Shown here: positions 46,130 to 55,227 of the stretch, piece by piece
Layout of the letters: each line of letters starts with the position of its first letter
Position numbering within the stretch: the first letter of the stretch is position 1
Source of the DNA: an uncultured virus (IMG/VR IMGVR_UViG_3300013004_000031)
Taxonomy: Duplodnaviria > Heunggongvirae > Uroviricota > Caudoviricetes
DNA: 59,814 bases
Strand: one strand, 5' to 3'
Virus record (IMG/VR): IMGVR_UViG_3300013004_000031
Span: 62,001 to 121,814 of that record
Made by a program: the position numbers and the translations under genes
Notes under the pieces: generated by a model
Seen by the model: only the letters and a program-made list of their open reading frames with translations
Told to the model about the DNA's origin: nothing
The model's database searches: none

Positions 46130-46245
46130 AAATCTTAGCCAAGGCTAAGTTTCTTAGTCCTAACATACTTTCTTAGCAGGGACTTAGATTGTTTTTCATG
46201 GCTAAGAAACTTAGCCTGTACTAAGTTTTTTAGTCTTGACTAATA
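46130..46245. repeat. Non-coding cluster of CTAAG/CTTAG inverted half-sites
   Basis: GGCTAAGTTTCTTAG and its reverse complement CTAAGAAACTTAGCC, plus further copies. Confidence 0.6.
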
Positions 46246-46255
46246 ACTATCCCTA

Positions 46256-46636
46256 TCAGTCTTTAATCCTTAATTGTTCTACCTTGATTCCCATCTTATC
46301 AGCAATTTCTTGCAATGTCATTTCAACCACTTTTGGGCGTTTGTCAAATAAAACTCCATAGGAGTTTTCCCGATAGATTTCATTGCCCCTTGAATCGTAT
46401 TCACTTTTACTCCAATAACCAGTGGAGTCTTCCCGATAGATTTCATTGCCCCTTGAATCGTATTCACTTTTACCCCAATAACCAGTGGAGTCTTCCCAAT
46501 AGATTGTATTGCCATTGGTATCCCGTTCTCTTTTGCTCCAAGAACCAGTGGAGGTTTCATAATAGATTGTATTGCCATTCTTATCTTTGATGACGAATGG
46601 AAATGTTGTTACTTTTAATTGTTTGGCGATTGTCAT
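46256..46636 (-). CDS. Repeat protein with 20-aa beta-hairpin repeats
   Basis: (E)YDSRGNEIYREDSTGYW-type units x4; near-identical 60-nt repeats. Confidence 0.8.
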   Translation of the reverse strand: MTIAKQLKVTTFPFVIKDKNGNTIYYETSTGSWSKRERDTNGNTIYWEDSTGYWGKSEYDSRGNEIYREDSTGYWSKSEYDSRGNEIYRENSYGVLFDKRPKVVEMTLQEIADKMGIKVEQLRIKD

Positions 46637-46719
46637 AGTGCTATTCTGCTTTAGTTTTTAAGAGAGAAATCCGATCCCCATCAATCCATATAAACCCCAG
46701 CCTTGGAAAGTTAGTCTCC

Positions 46720-47064
46720 TCAAAGTTGCCACCATTCCACCAGTGTTTCCTCGGGAATTTCCATCCTTTTCGCAGCATTGGCCATGCGTTTGCATTCCCT
46801 GTATTGCTGGGGAGTCATCATGGAATCATCGAATTCCTCCCGCCCATTGCTTACATCGGATGCAAAGCAGAAAAGGATATCTTTCCCATCGGGTTCCTTA
46901 TTGTTTTGTGTATTGTAAATACTAGCGAAGTAATCGAAGGATACGCTGTTTCTTCCCTTGGAAACCCTCACCTTGTAATGGTTATGTATTCCCATTGACC
47001 ACGTTGGTTGCTTGGTATTGGAAAGGGTTGTCTTGATTGTGATTCCGTTGATTGTGTCTTGCAT
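46720..47064 (-). CDS. Hypothetical protein (array)
   Basis: ATG set by motif. Confidence 0.75.
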   Translation of the reverse strand: MQDTINGITIKTTLSNTKQPTWSMGIHNHYKVRVSKGRNSVSFDYFASIYNTQNNKEPDGKDILFCFASDVSNGREEFDDSMMTPQQYRECKRMANAAKRMEIPEETLVEWWQL

Positions 47065-47085
47065 GTTCTTATTATCGTTTAGTTT

Positions 47086-47328
47086 TTAAACCAATCCCAC
47101 AAGTCCTTCGGATTCCTTAATATCCTTGAAGTCTTGAAGGTGTTTTTCTTTGAATTCATGAAATACTTGGAATGATTCTGCTTGTTCTTTTGAATACACT
47201 CCCCCTTTGGAAACACGCAAACCGCTTTCCTCATGGATGATGCTTGCGTGTCTTCCCCAAGATAGGGTTTCAGTTTTCAATTTGAATCCGATTTTCTTTA
47301 ATTCTTTTCTTAATTGATTTAATGTCAT
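47086..47328 (-). CDS. Hypothetical protein (array)
   Basis: Motif-bounded. Confidence 0.75.
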   Translation of the reverse strand: MTLNQLRKELKKIGFKLKTETLSWGRHASIIHEESGLRVSKGGVYSKEQAESFQVFHEFKEKHLQDFKDIKESEGLVGLV

Positions 47329-47349
47329 GGTGCTATTCTGCTTTAGTTT

Positions 47350-47625
47350 TTAATACTTCCTCTCCACCTTGGGGCAAATCTTCCGCAGGGCGGTTTCAAT
47401 ATGGGAATCGTTCATATACTCATAAAGCTCATTGATAAAATTGTATTGCTTTGTGGAAAATAGGATATCCCACACGAATCTCTTTTGCAGGTCTTTCACC
47501 CTATCGGCACGGGGAAATTGTCCTTGTTCATAAAGGGATTTGATATGTTCTATTCCCCCGCATCTTTCCGCTTCCGTATTGATAATGGTTTCCAGCTTTT
47601 GGTAATCCTCCCGTTTGATCTTCAT
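47350..47625 (-). CDS. Hypothetical protein (array)
   Basis: Motif-bounded. Confidence 0.75.
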   Translation of the reverse strand: MKIKREDYQKLETIINTEAERCGGIEHIKSLYEQGQFPRADRVKDLQKRFVWDILFSTKQYNFINELYEYMNDSHIETALRKICPKVERKY

Positions 47626-47835
47626 GGCTTTATTATCCTCTAGTTTTTAACCTTCGTAAAGTTCCTTGCCTTTTTCAATGATCGCTTTCATTCCGCTTGG
47701 GGAAAGATTGTAATCCCCTGCCATCTTTTCAATTGTCAGATAATTATTAACCCAATCCAGATACGTTTTGATTGTCCATGCATCCAAAGCTTGTTTTGCT
47801 TGTGTTTCGGTCATGTCCAAATCTTAATCTAGTTT

Positions 47836-48399
47836 TTAAAGGAATGGATTGGGAATCATTTCCCGTATCATCTCACAGTGTTCTAACCTTGCTGCTGACG
47901 CTGCTGACCGTGCTGTTGACCATGCTGCTGACTCTGCTGACCATGCTGCTGACGCTGCTGCTGACGCTGCTGACTCTGCTGACCATGCTGCTGACCATGC
48001 TGCTGACGCTGCTGCTGACGCTGCTGACTCTGCTGACCATGCTGCTGACCATGCTGCTGACGCTGCTGCTGACGCTGCTGCTGACGCTGCTGCTGACGCT
48101 GCTGACCGTGTTTCTTCGCAAGGGTTTTCAATCCATGCCCTTGCAGCTTCAATTGCAAGTTTTGGGCGATTTTCCCCTTTAGGTATATTGACAAGACATT
48201 TTTCCGCAAATGCTATGGACAATCTCACTGATTGTTCCTTTTCAAGAGGTTTGCATTTTTCAAGCATCCAAAAAAGCCATTCTGGTTCCTCACAAGCATC
48301 CCAAACTTGGGACATGGTTTCGTGGCTTAGAGCAAATTCTCGCCCTTCCTCACACATCTCATTCGGGGAGTATTTGTTACAAAATTCAGTCGTGTTCAT
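47836..48399 (-). CDS. Ala-rich repeat protein (Imm5-like N-terminal part)
   Basis: RPKLAIEAARAW followed by SAA(A/W/E) 9/12-nt tandem repeats; motif-bounded. Confidence 0.75.
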   Translation of the reverse strand: MNTTEFCNKYSPNEMCEEGREFALSHETMSQVWDACEEPEWLFWMLEKCKPLEKEQSVRLSIAFAEKCLVNIPKGENRPKLAIEAARAWIENPCEETRSAASAAASAAASAAASAAWSAAWSAESAASAAASAAWSAAWSAESAASAAASAAWSAESAAWSTARSAASAARLEHCEMIREMIPNPFL

Positions 48400-48413
48400 G
48401 GTGTTATTGTATT

Positions 48414-48665
48414 CTAGTTTTTATTGTTCAGTTTTTCCGCCATTGCTTGGGCTTCCTCCATCGTTTGGATGATCTTCCCATAGAAGTAATTGGAATAGGT
48501 GATTCTTCCGCGATCATTGATTTCCATGGAAGGCTTGTGAATCACTTCATAAGCTTCCTTGGGGGAGGGCATTGCGCCATGAAAGGAAACGTGTTTGGGT
48601 AATAGCAGATGGGCATATTCATCCTTGAGCTTCCATAAGGGATTTGATATCGCTTTGTAGGTCAT
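48414..48665 (-). CDS. Hypothetical protein (array)
   Basis: Motif-bounded, ends KN-TAG. Confidence 0.75.
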   Translation of the reverse strand: MTYKAISNPLWKLKDEYAHLLLPKHVSFHGAMPSPKEAYEVIHKPSMEINDRGRITYSNYFYGKIIQTMEEAQAMAEKLNNKN

Positions 48666-48868
48666 GGCTAAATCTTAATCTAGTTTTTAACCCGTGTGAT
48701 TTGCACCAGTTCAATCCCATAGGTATCCCCTTGCCATGATATGATGCTATTCCAGAACCAATCTTGGATTTCAAAAACATCCCCCCCCTTGCGATATTCC
48801 GTGATGATTTCCCCACAATCCTTGTAAGTGATCCTGTATTTGTTCATGGGGTAATTGTGGTTTAGTTT

Positions 48869-49072
48869 TTAAGCTTTTCTTTTCTCCAGATCAGATTCCC
48901 CGAATGTCGCCTGTCCCAGAAAGTCAAATTCCTCATCAGTGCATACGTTTTTAGCGGAGGCGCATTCGTTGAGCCTGTCAAACCCTGTCACAATACAAGT
49001 TCCCCAGCGAGGGGCGTTGAATTTGTCGCCTTTGCGAACGGGCTTTTGATCGTGGTATCGGAGTGTCTTCAT
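48869..49072 (-). CDS. Hypothetical protein (array)
   Basis: Motif-bounded. Confidence 0.7.
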   Translation of the reverse strand: MKTLRYHDQKPVRKGDKFNAPRWGTCIVTGFDRLNECASAKNVCTDEEFDFLGQATFGESDLEKRKA

Positions 49073-49093
49073 GGCTCTATATTACGCTAGTTT

Positions 49094-49375
49094 TTAAAGA
49101 GGGCATGGGCATTCCCCATTCACCCAATCGCAAATTTCCTCAGATAATTCGTTAATCGCACTTTGGAGCGTTTCAATGTTCCTCCCCTTCCAATGCTCTC
49201 CCATACCATCAGGAACAGCGAGGATTTTGCGCTTGCCTGTCACAACATGGATAGGATAAAAGAACCATCGGCTCCCCATGTCACTTGAGCGATCCCAAGC
49301 TGCATCAATGCTTTTGAAATTCCTTCCTTCCGTAACCATTTCACCATCGATGGCAATACATTTGAGTTGAATCAT
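49094..49375 (-). CDS. Hypothetical protein (array)
   Basis: Motif-bounded. Confidence 0.75.
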   Translation of the reverse strand: MIQLKCIAIDGEMVTEGRNFKSIDAAWDRSSDMGSRWFFYPIHVVTGKRKILAVPDGMGEHWKGRNIETLQSAINELSEEICDWVNGECPCPL

Positions 49376-49396
49376 GTCGTTATTATGGTTTAGTTT

Positions 49397-49591
49397 TTAA
49401 AAGTCTGATTCAGGGCAACAATCGGGATTATAGAAACTTTCCACCTCCTCCCCAATAGTTACCAATTGCAGATATTCCACATTTTCATCATGTTCATATG
49501 AGTCAAAAGCGTGTTTGGCATCTTTCAGAAATTGAAAAGATTGGTAAGTCTTATCACAATTTCCCCATTCAATCAGTAGTAAGTAAGGCAT
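49397..49591 (-). CDS. Hypothetical protein (array)
   Basis: Motif-bounded. Confidence 0.7.
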   Translation of the reverse strand: MPYLLLIEWGNCDKTYQSFQFLKDAKHAFDSYEHDENVEYLQLVTIGEEVESFYNPDCCPESDF

Positions 49592-49612
49592 GGCTTTATT
49601 ATTGTTTAGTTT

Positions 49613-49903
49613 TTAAAGGCAGCTTTCGGCATCTGCCAGAATTTCCTTGGCAACCTCTCGACAATTGGAATTCCGAAAGAGATATCCCACTCCCCACGTT
49701 GGATAAAGATAAGCTCCCCCCGTATAGCTATTATCCCCCGTTTGATATCCCCATTCCCCATTTTCCGTATTGATCCCAATTGTGATTTGCATGGATGGCG
49801 TATCCCCATCCTCAAATGCACGGGAATCCTCATCAATGTATTTCTTGCAATGTATGAGAAGCTTTGTAATTTCCTTGATCGTTGGTAGCTTGTGTTTCGT
49901 CAT
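49613..49903 (-). CDS. Hypothetical protein (array)
   Basis: Motif-bounded. Confidence 0.75.
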   Translation of the reverse strand: MTKHKLPTIKEITKLLIHCKKYIDEDSRAFEDGDTPSMQITIGINTENGEWGYQTGDNSYTGGAYLYPTWGVGYLFRNSNCREVAKEILADAESCL

Positions 49904-49924
49904 GTCCTTATTATGGTTTAGTTT

Positions 49925-50383
49925 TTAAGCTCTCACATAATAGTCATCCCCTTGATAGGAAACGATTGTGTAATCTTGTGCCAAGGCTTCCGCCGCAGCT
50001 TCCCAATCAATATGATTGTAAGGCCATGACGCATTTCTTTCAGTTACTCCCAAATCTTCCGCCAGTTCCCTTGCATAGTCCTCAAAATCATCGACGGGAA
50101 TCATCGTTTCCCCACGGCTAAAATCGGAAATTTCGCTTTCCAGTTCCTCCAATTCCTCCAGTTCCCCTTTCTCGTCATCGGAGAAATTATCAATGGCATT
50201 TTGCAAGGTTTCCTCCAATTCATCCAATTCATCCTCCCATTCCCTGATTTCTTCCTCATCCTCTTCGGAGGGTTTCAAATCGCGGTGTTGATCCAATTCC
50301 GATTGGGCATCCGTAACGACATCCCGCAGGGCTTCCAGTTCTTCCTTGCGCTCTTTCAAGTCTCTTGTGTCAATTGTTTTCAT
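49925..50383 (-). CDS. Highly acidic protein, ArdA-like antirestriction candidate
   Basis: Very D/E-rich; FEDYARELAED...IDWEAAAEALAQDY resembles the ArdA C-terminal region. Confidence 0.55.
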   Translation of the reverse strand: MKTIDTRDLKERKEELEALRDVVTDAQSELDQHRDLKPSEEDEEEIREWEDELDELEETLQNAIDNFSDDEKGELEELEELESEISDFSRGETMIPVDDFEDYARELAEDLGVTERNASWPYNHIDWEAAAEALAQDYTIVSYQGDDYYVRA

Positions 50384-50414
50384 CGTGCTTTTATTTTATT
50401 CTAGTTTTTAAAAG

Positions 50415-50492
50415 TGGTAGTCCGGGCGGGTGTCGATCCCGCAACCTCTCACTTATAAGGCAAGCGCTCTCACCGCTTTGAGCTACCGGACA
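50415..50492 (-). tRNA. tRNA-Ile(UAU)
   Basis: CTTGC-CT TAT AA-GTGAG; T-loop GATCGAC; CCA end. Confidence 0.8.
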
Positions 50493-50519
50493 ATTTTTAT
50501 TTAATTTTATAGGACTTTT

Positions 50520-50714
50520 TCAAATCTCGCAAATGTTATAAATGTCTTCAATTTCAAAGTGTAGAAGAATCAATTGCCTACGCATCTCCCCAAGTTCCTT
50601 TTTCACTTTCTTCATATGAATCTTGGATTCAAGAGAGATATTTCCTTTTTCTTTATTGGCAATGTCCTGAATCATCGTTGCCAATTGCTGTTTAATGCTC
50701 TCGTATTGGTGCAT
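50520..50714 (-). CDS. Hypothetical protein (array)
   Basis: ATG 6 nt after TAAGAT. Confidence 0.65.
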   Translation of the reverse strand: MHQYESIKQQLATMIQDIANKEKGNISLESKIHMKKVKKELGEMRRQLILLHFEIEDIYNICEI

Positions 50715-50728
50715 GATCAAATCTTAAT

Positions 50729-51025
50729 CTAGTTTTTAAGTAGTCGGGCGGTGTATTTGTCAATTGCGGGTTTCAAATCGTAAATCAAATCTCTCAAATA
50801 CAATGCAACTTCACTCTCCCCCGCTGAATGTCCCCTTTCATATGCCATATAGGACAAAACTGAAACAAATTCTTCGGGAATGCTTTTCAATAGAAGCTCA
50901 GATTCCGTGGTTTCCTCAATCACCAGATCATCGCAAAAATCCATTTCATTTTCAACCTGCTCTTTGGTTGGATATTGGCAAGTGTATTTATACTTTGCGC
51001 TTGTGCCGATATAAATTTTGTTCAT
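50729..51025 (-). CDS. Hypothetical protein (array)
   Basis: Motif-bounded, ends KN-TAG. Confidence 0.75.
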   Translation of the reverse strand: MNKIYIGTSAKYKYTCQYPTKEQVENEMDFCDDLVIEETTESELLLKSIPEEFVSVLSYMAYERGHSAGESEVALYLRDLIYDLKPAIDKYTARLLKN

Positions 51026-51247
51026 GTTTGAAGTATCCTCTAGTTTTCACTCGCCCAAATATGTCCACCCCACAAATCCCAACCTTTGGAATAGCTCATC
51101 CTTGAAGATTGTTCGTGCTTCCTTTTCCGTCAAACGGATTTCCAGAGTATCCCCTTGGCATCCCTTGATTGCAGCGAACAAATCCGCGCTTCTCTCAAAC
51201 CGATACAGACCTGCTTTGTGTTTCATGTTTGAAGTATCCTCTAGTTT

Positions 51248-51439
51248 TTAATAAGACATGATTCGGTAGAAATCATCATTCTTGTCCACCCCAGCACCCG
51301 TTTCAGCAAAAGCAATCGACAATCCTTTTATGAACCAATCGGCTTGCTCTTTCGTCAGACCATAGGCGGAATCCCTACCGTTCATTCTCACAGTGAAATA
51401 CCCATTTTTGTCCTCTTTGAGTTCAATGCGGTGTGTCAT
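51248..51439 (-). CDS. Hypothetical protein (array)
   Basis: Motif-bounded. Confidence 0.7.
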   Translation of the reverse strand: MTHRIELKEDKNGYFTVRMNGRDSAYGLTKEQADWFIKGLSIAFAETGAGVDKNDDFYRIMSY

Positions 51440-51636
51440 GGGCTGATTATGGTTTAGTTTTTAAATTCTGATACTCCCGCCCATTCCAGAAGTTGGACAT
51501 CCCCTGAATTGATATGCTCTTTCAGGGATTCCAGTTCCGCGATTTCCTCATAACTGATACGTTCCGCTTCAATCTCCCCGCGAAGGTATTCCAATCGTTT
51601 TTGAATTTCGTTCATGGCTTAATTATCGTTTAGTTT

Positions 51637-51876
51637 TTAAGAGATTTTGGCAACCATCTCCACCCCATTCAAAGGGCGAGCGAAGAAAGCTTCGTTCCTA
51701 TCGCTATTCCATCCCGTGTAAGCGAATTTCCTCCCCTCAAACGTGAGAACCTTTTTCACAAGCTTCTTCACATCATCCCATCCTTCGGGACAATCCACTG
51801 TCAGGAATTCCCTCCCCACATCTTCCCGGATGCTATGTCTCACTGTCACTTCCTTGGGATCAATTGTTGCTTTCAT
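51637..51876 (-). CDS. Hypothetical protein, paralog of 44981..45223
   Basis: Motif-bounded; shared sequence with its paralog. Confidence 0.8.
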   Translation of the reverse strand: MKATIDPKEVTVRHSIREDVGREFLTVDCPEGWDDVKKLVKKVLTFEGRKFAYTGWNSDRNEAFFARPLNGVEMVAKIS

Positions 51877-51890
51877 GTCCGTATTGTGGT

Positions 51891-52088
51891 CTAGTTTTTA
51901 ACCTCTTGATTTTCCTCATTATCCCAAACCATGAAATCAATCCGGTTCAAATCTTTCCTTGGCTTGCGATTCGTGAAACGTTCATTAGAATCAGACAAAC
52001 GAACAATCGTGAATTTGTAAAGATTTGAAAGAGGATTTTTCATACCTTTTGCGGGCGGGGCTTGCCAATGGATATAATACATGTTCAT
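51891..52088 (-). CDS. Hypothetical protein (array)
   Basis: Motif-bounded, ends KN-TAG. Confidence 0.7.
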   Translation of the reverse strand: MNMYYIHWQAPPAKGMKNPLSNLYKFTIVRLSDSNERFTNRKPRKDLNRIDFMVWDNEENQEVKN

Positions 52089-52178
52089 GTGCTGATTATG
52101 GTCTAGTTTTTAAAAGTCGTCCCCTTCCCTTGCAAACCCTACTCACCAGCGGGAGGAAGGGGACTATCCGACGAGAAT

Positions 52179-52511
52179 TTATAGGGCGATCTTGGCTTGG
52201 AATGCGCCATTGACTCGCGGTTGGATATACGATCCACTCTTGGAATGCCTCACCTTTGCGTCAGGATGCTCCTGTAGGGCGTTTGTCGCGGCAAAGAACC
52301 TTTCCCGCTTGGCTTTCTCTTCCGCCGCCTTGTTGCGCTCCTGAAAGAGCAATTCAACCCGTTCCGCCTTGCGATGGGCGCGATCCTTTTCCGCGAAGAT
52401 CATTTTCAGCTTCTCCGAACGTGTGAACACGTTGCCCCTTGATGCTGCTCGGAAGATCGTTGGTGCTGAGTTCTTGCTTCCCATCCAGTTGCTTTTAAGT
52501 GTCGTTGTCAT
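52179..52511 (-). CDS. Basic hypothetical protein (array)
   Basis: ATG set by motif; followed by a hairpin. Confidence 0.7.
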   Translation of the reverse strand: MTTTLKSNWMGSKNSAPTIFRAASRGNVFTRSEKLKMIFAEKDRAHRKAERVELLFQERNKAAEEKAKRERFFAATNALQEHPDAKVRHSKSGSYIQPRVNGAFQAKIAL

Positions 52512-52535
52512 TGTGGTATCAGTGTAGGCTAGTTT

Positions 52536-52754
52536 TTATGCTTCCAGATTCAGGAGAGTCATACGGATTTCAATGGATACCCGCAAATCCCTGTCAATCT
52601 CGGAGAATTTCTTAGTGTAGAAAAACAAATCTTCCATGAAAATCTTGCGATTGTCAGAGGTTGTTTCGTGAAGATTTGCCTGAAGCTTGTCGCGCTCTTC
52701 GTAGAGACGGTTGATCTTATCTTCGTGGTATGCGATGTGTTCTTGCTTGGTCAT
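52536..52754 (-). CDS. Hypothetical protein (array)
   Basis: Motif-bounded. Confidence 0.7.
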   Translation of the reverse strand: MTKQEHIAYHEDKINRLYEERDKLQANLHETTSDNRKIFMEDLFFYTKKFSEIDRDLRVSIEIRMTLLNLEA

Positions 52755-52775
52755 GGTGTTATTGTGTTCTAGTTT

Positions 52776-52952
52776 TTATGCGTCTTGAAAGTTCTCCAAT
52801 GCTCGGCAAAGTTTCCGCTTGTCGGCATGATCCATTTGCATTTCACTGGCAATGAACATAATATCACCATCCTTTAGGTTTTGGATGAAATCCAGCAGGG
52901 CATCCCGCTCATCTTCCGTTAGCTTGTTGAGTTTGTCTTAGTAGTAGGACAT
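52776..52952 (-). pseudogene. Array gene with a premature TAA at codon 5
   Basis: MSYY*DKLNKLTEDERDALLDFIQN...FQDA*, motif-bounded at both ends. Confidence 0.65.
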
Positions 52953-53124
52953 GGCTTTATTATCGTTTAGTTTTTATTTTTTCCAAAGAATTTAGAAAAT
53001 CTTCCGCCGCCCATTTGAAATCGAGTGCGAGTGTATTATTTAAAATCGCTTCTCGTAGCCAGAAGGCTAATTTTTCAGCATTGTTCAAAAATTCATCGTC
53101 CATGGGTTCAGTATCGTTTAGTTT

Positions 53125-53361
53125 TTAATATCCGTTCTCCAATGCCCAATCCTCAATCTGAGAAAGAACCTTATTGGAAATCTTCTCTTCCCCCCCATTA
53201 TCTTTCTCAAGGAATCCCATGTCCAGAGCAAGACCAAGGGAAGATGCTCCCCCCGTATTGCTCTCAATGTCACAATATGATCGTTGATCCCCTCCCTCCT
53301 CAAAGAGTTCCAAGGTGACGGTATATTTTCCAAATGTCTTGGTAATGGTTTCGTTTCTCAT
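53125..53361 (-). CDS. Hypothetical protein (array)
   Basis: Motif-bounded. Confidence 0.75.
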   Translation of the reverse strand: MRNETITKTFGKYTVTLELFEEGGDQRSYCDIESNTGGASSLGLALDMGFLEKDNGGEEKISNKVLSQIEDWALENGY

Positions 53362-53382
53362 GGCTTTATTATCGTTTAGTTT

Positions 53383-53616
53383 TTAAGCGAAGTTGGTTTC
53401 GTATTCCGAATGGATTTCCCCGTTTTTGAAAATATAAATATATTTCACTTCCTTGTGGAAACCTTTCTTTTCCGCGAAGCTGTCCCAATAATCACAGTCA
53501 ATTATATGTTCCTTGACCCATGCTTTGGCTTCCTTGATTGTCAGGTGTTCCATGGGAGTTCCGATATGGTATTTCTCCCCATCAATCTCTTCAATACCTA
53601 CGGTTTCAATTGTCAT
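53383..53616 (-). CDS. Hypothetical protein (array)
   Basis: Motif-bounded. Confidence 0.75.
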   Translation of the reverse strand: MTIETVGIEEIDGEKYHIGTPMEHLTIKEAKAWVKEHIIDCDYWDSFAEKKGFHKEVKYIYIFKNGEIHSEYETNFA

Positions 53617-53630
53617 GGCGTAATTATGGT

Positions 53631-53837
53631 TTAGTTTTTATTCAGCAGTCCATCCCGAATCGCTTGCGTGGTTTCCTTGTTCCACCCATACAAACGGGCA
53701 TCCATGTCCAGATTCATCAGGGCATTGGGAATGTTTCCGCTATAGTGCGCGGTTCCCAGAAAGTTCCACACAGCGGTTTCGTTCACCCTTGCGCGATTGG
53801 CAAGCTTTTCAATCTCTTCCCTCGGTATCTTGTTCAT
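53631..53837 (-). CDS. Hypothetical protein, paralog of 42846..43049
   Basis: Motif-bounded, ends KN-TAA. Confidence 0.75.
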   Translation of the reverse strand: MNKIPREEIEKLANRARVNETAVWNFLGTAHYSGNIPNALMNLDMDARLYGWNKETTQAIRDGLLNKN

Positions 53838-54049
53838 GGTCGCAATATTAATTTAGTTTTTAAGATTTCCAGTTCCTTTCGAATCTCTGCGATCTTTACC
53901 CGATTTTTAATAAAGTTATCCACGATATACATGGGAACTTTACTTTTAATTAAAACCTGAGAGGTTTCATCCATTGACAACATCCCCGCAAGTTTGATTT
54001 CCAATCGATCAATCTTTTCCGATAGTGTTTCTCTTTTGAATATGTTCAT
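53834..54049 (-). CDS. Hypothetical protein (array)
   Basis: ATG set by motif; reads through the next motif. Confidence 0.65.
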   Translation of the reverse strand: MNIFKRETLSEKIDRLEIKLAGMLSMDETSQVLIKSKVPMYIVDNFIKNRVKIAEIRKELEILKTKLILRP

Positions 54050-54078
54050 ATGTGTATTATGGTTTAGTTTTTAAGATT

Positions 54079-54342
54079 CTATCTCTCTTCATGTTCAAAG
54101 GGAGGAGACACGTAAAAATTATCATACCAGAGAGAATAATTTTCGTGATAAACGGGACTGAGAGGATTGTTGGACAACCTAAATTCCATGTCGCTTTTTG
54201 CAGAGATCATTAAAGCGCACAAACCACTATCGTTTTTAGACTCCCACGCTCTTATCATGGATTTGATTTTACTTTCCAGAACACAAATCCTTTCGTGTTG
54301 TGCGGATGAATATTGTCCATACCTATTCAATTTCCTTTTCAT
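54079..54342 (-). CDS. Hypothetical protein (array)
   Basis: ATG set by motif. Confidence 0.7.
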   Translation of the reverse strand: MKRKLNRYGQYSSAQHERICVLESKIKSMIRAWESKNDSGLCALMISAKSDMEFRLSNNPLSPVYHENYSLWYDNFYVSPPFEHEER

Positions 54343-54363
54343 GATAGGATTGTGTGCTAGTTT

Positions 54364-54636
54364 TTAAAGGACTTCAATTCCCCGCGCCATCAGATATCCC
54401 GTCATAACACCTTGGATATATGATTGCGTTTGCTGGTATGTCCCATAATCATCGGGAACATAATATTCCGATATCATATCACAATAGAAATATCTATCAT
54501 CACAACGAAAATTGTCAGTGGAGAATCCCGCACCCCAATTATAATTGAGGAATCGTTCAATCAATTCTTGCCGATATGGTTCCATGTCTTCTTCAAACGC
54601 ATGGTCGTATTTGATATATATAATTTCTTTTTGCAT
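54364..54636 (-). CDS. Hypothetical protein (array)
   Basis: MQKEII start right after the stop of 54638..54808. Confidence 0.6.
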   Translation of the reverse strand: MQKEIIYIKYDHAFEEDMEPYRQELIERFLNYNWGAGFSTDNFRCDDRYFYCDMISEYYVPDDYGTYQQTQSYIQGVMTGYLMARGIEVL

Positions 54637-54637
54637 A

Positions 54638-54808
54638 TCATACATCGTGTGAGAAATCAATTGCAATATCCCATAGAACGTGATCGGAATCATCCAACCA
54701 TTCCTCATGTCCCAGCGCATCTGCACAACATTGTGCTGCTTCCGTCCAATTGGAAAAGTCTTGCATATTAATGGCGAACCATTTTTCAATTTGTTTTTCC
54801 TCTGTCAT
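54638..54808 (-). CDS. 56-aa acidic hypothetical protein
   Basis: MTEEKQIEKWFAINMQ...; ATG set by a motif variant. Confidence 0.6.
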   Translation of the reverse strand: MTEEKQIEKWFAINMQDFSNWTEAAQCCADALGHEEWLDDSDHVLWDIAIDFSHDV

Positions 54809-54822
54809 GTCGTAATTGTGTT

Positions 54823-55227
54823 CTATTTTTTATGCGCCACCGGAGCATCCCCACAATCGTTCTCTTGAACGTAGCAAGCTCCCACATCCTGAAAAACATC
54901 CAGAAATTTCTGGATCAGTTCCACGCTATTCCCCCACATTCCAAGAGAGAAAATGATTCCCCGCTTGCCAAGTTCCCCGTGGCATTCCTCAAAATCTTCC
55001 GTGTCCATATGGACAAACATTTGCCGTTCGTCAACCCCATCCTTGAAACGGAAGATATAGAAATTCCAGTGAGGATCATATTCAGGCTTTACAAATACAT
55101 TGGAATTGCTTACAAATGTATTTGTAGCTTCTCCTTGAATAGTTCTGATTACATCAAGCACCCTCTTACCAATCTCCCGAACATCAATGTTGTCGGTAAC
55201 TACATATCCTTTAGTGTCGCATCCCAT
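54823..55227 (-). CDS. Hypothetical protein (array)
   Basis: Motif-bounded. Confidence 0.75.
   Translation of the reverse strand: MGCDTKGYVVTDNIDVREIGKRVLDVIRTIQGEATNTFVSNSNVFVKPEYDPHWNFYIFRFKDGVDERQMFVHMDTEDFEECHGELGKRGIIFSLGMWGNSVELIQKFLDVFQDVGACYVQENDCGDAPVAHKK

Noticed and set aside
46256..46636. 60-nt repeats as a DGR template/variable pair
   Set aside because: They are tandem in-frame protein repeats, and no reverse transcriptase is present.
47772..48472. Alternative-frame ORFs (poly-LLT, ADAA, SSV, QQR)
   Set aside because: Shadows of the 9/12-nt repeat; only 47836..48399 (-) is bounded by the motif.
52776..52952. Stop-codon reassignment
   Set aside because: A single in-frame TAA; all three stops end genes normally, core genes are intact, and no suppressor tRNA was seen.
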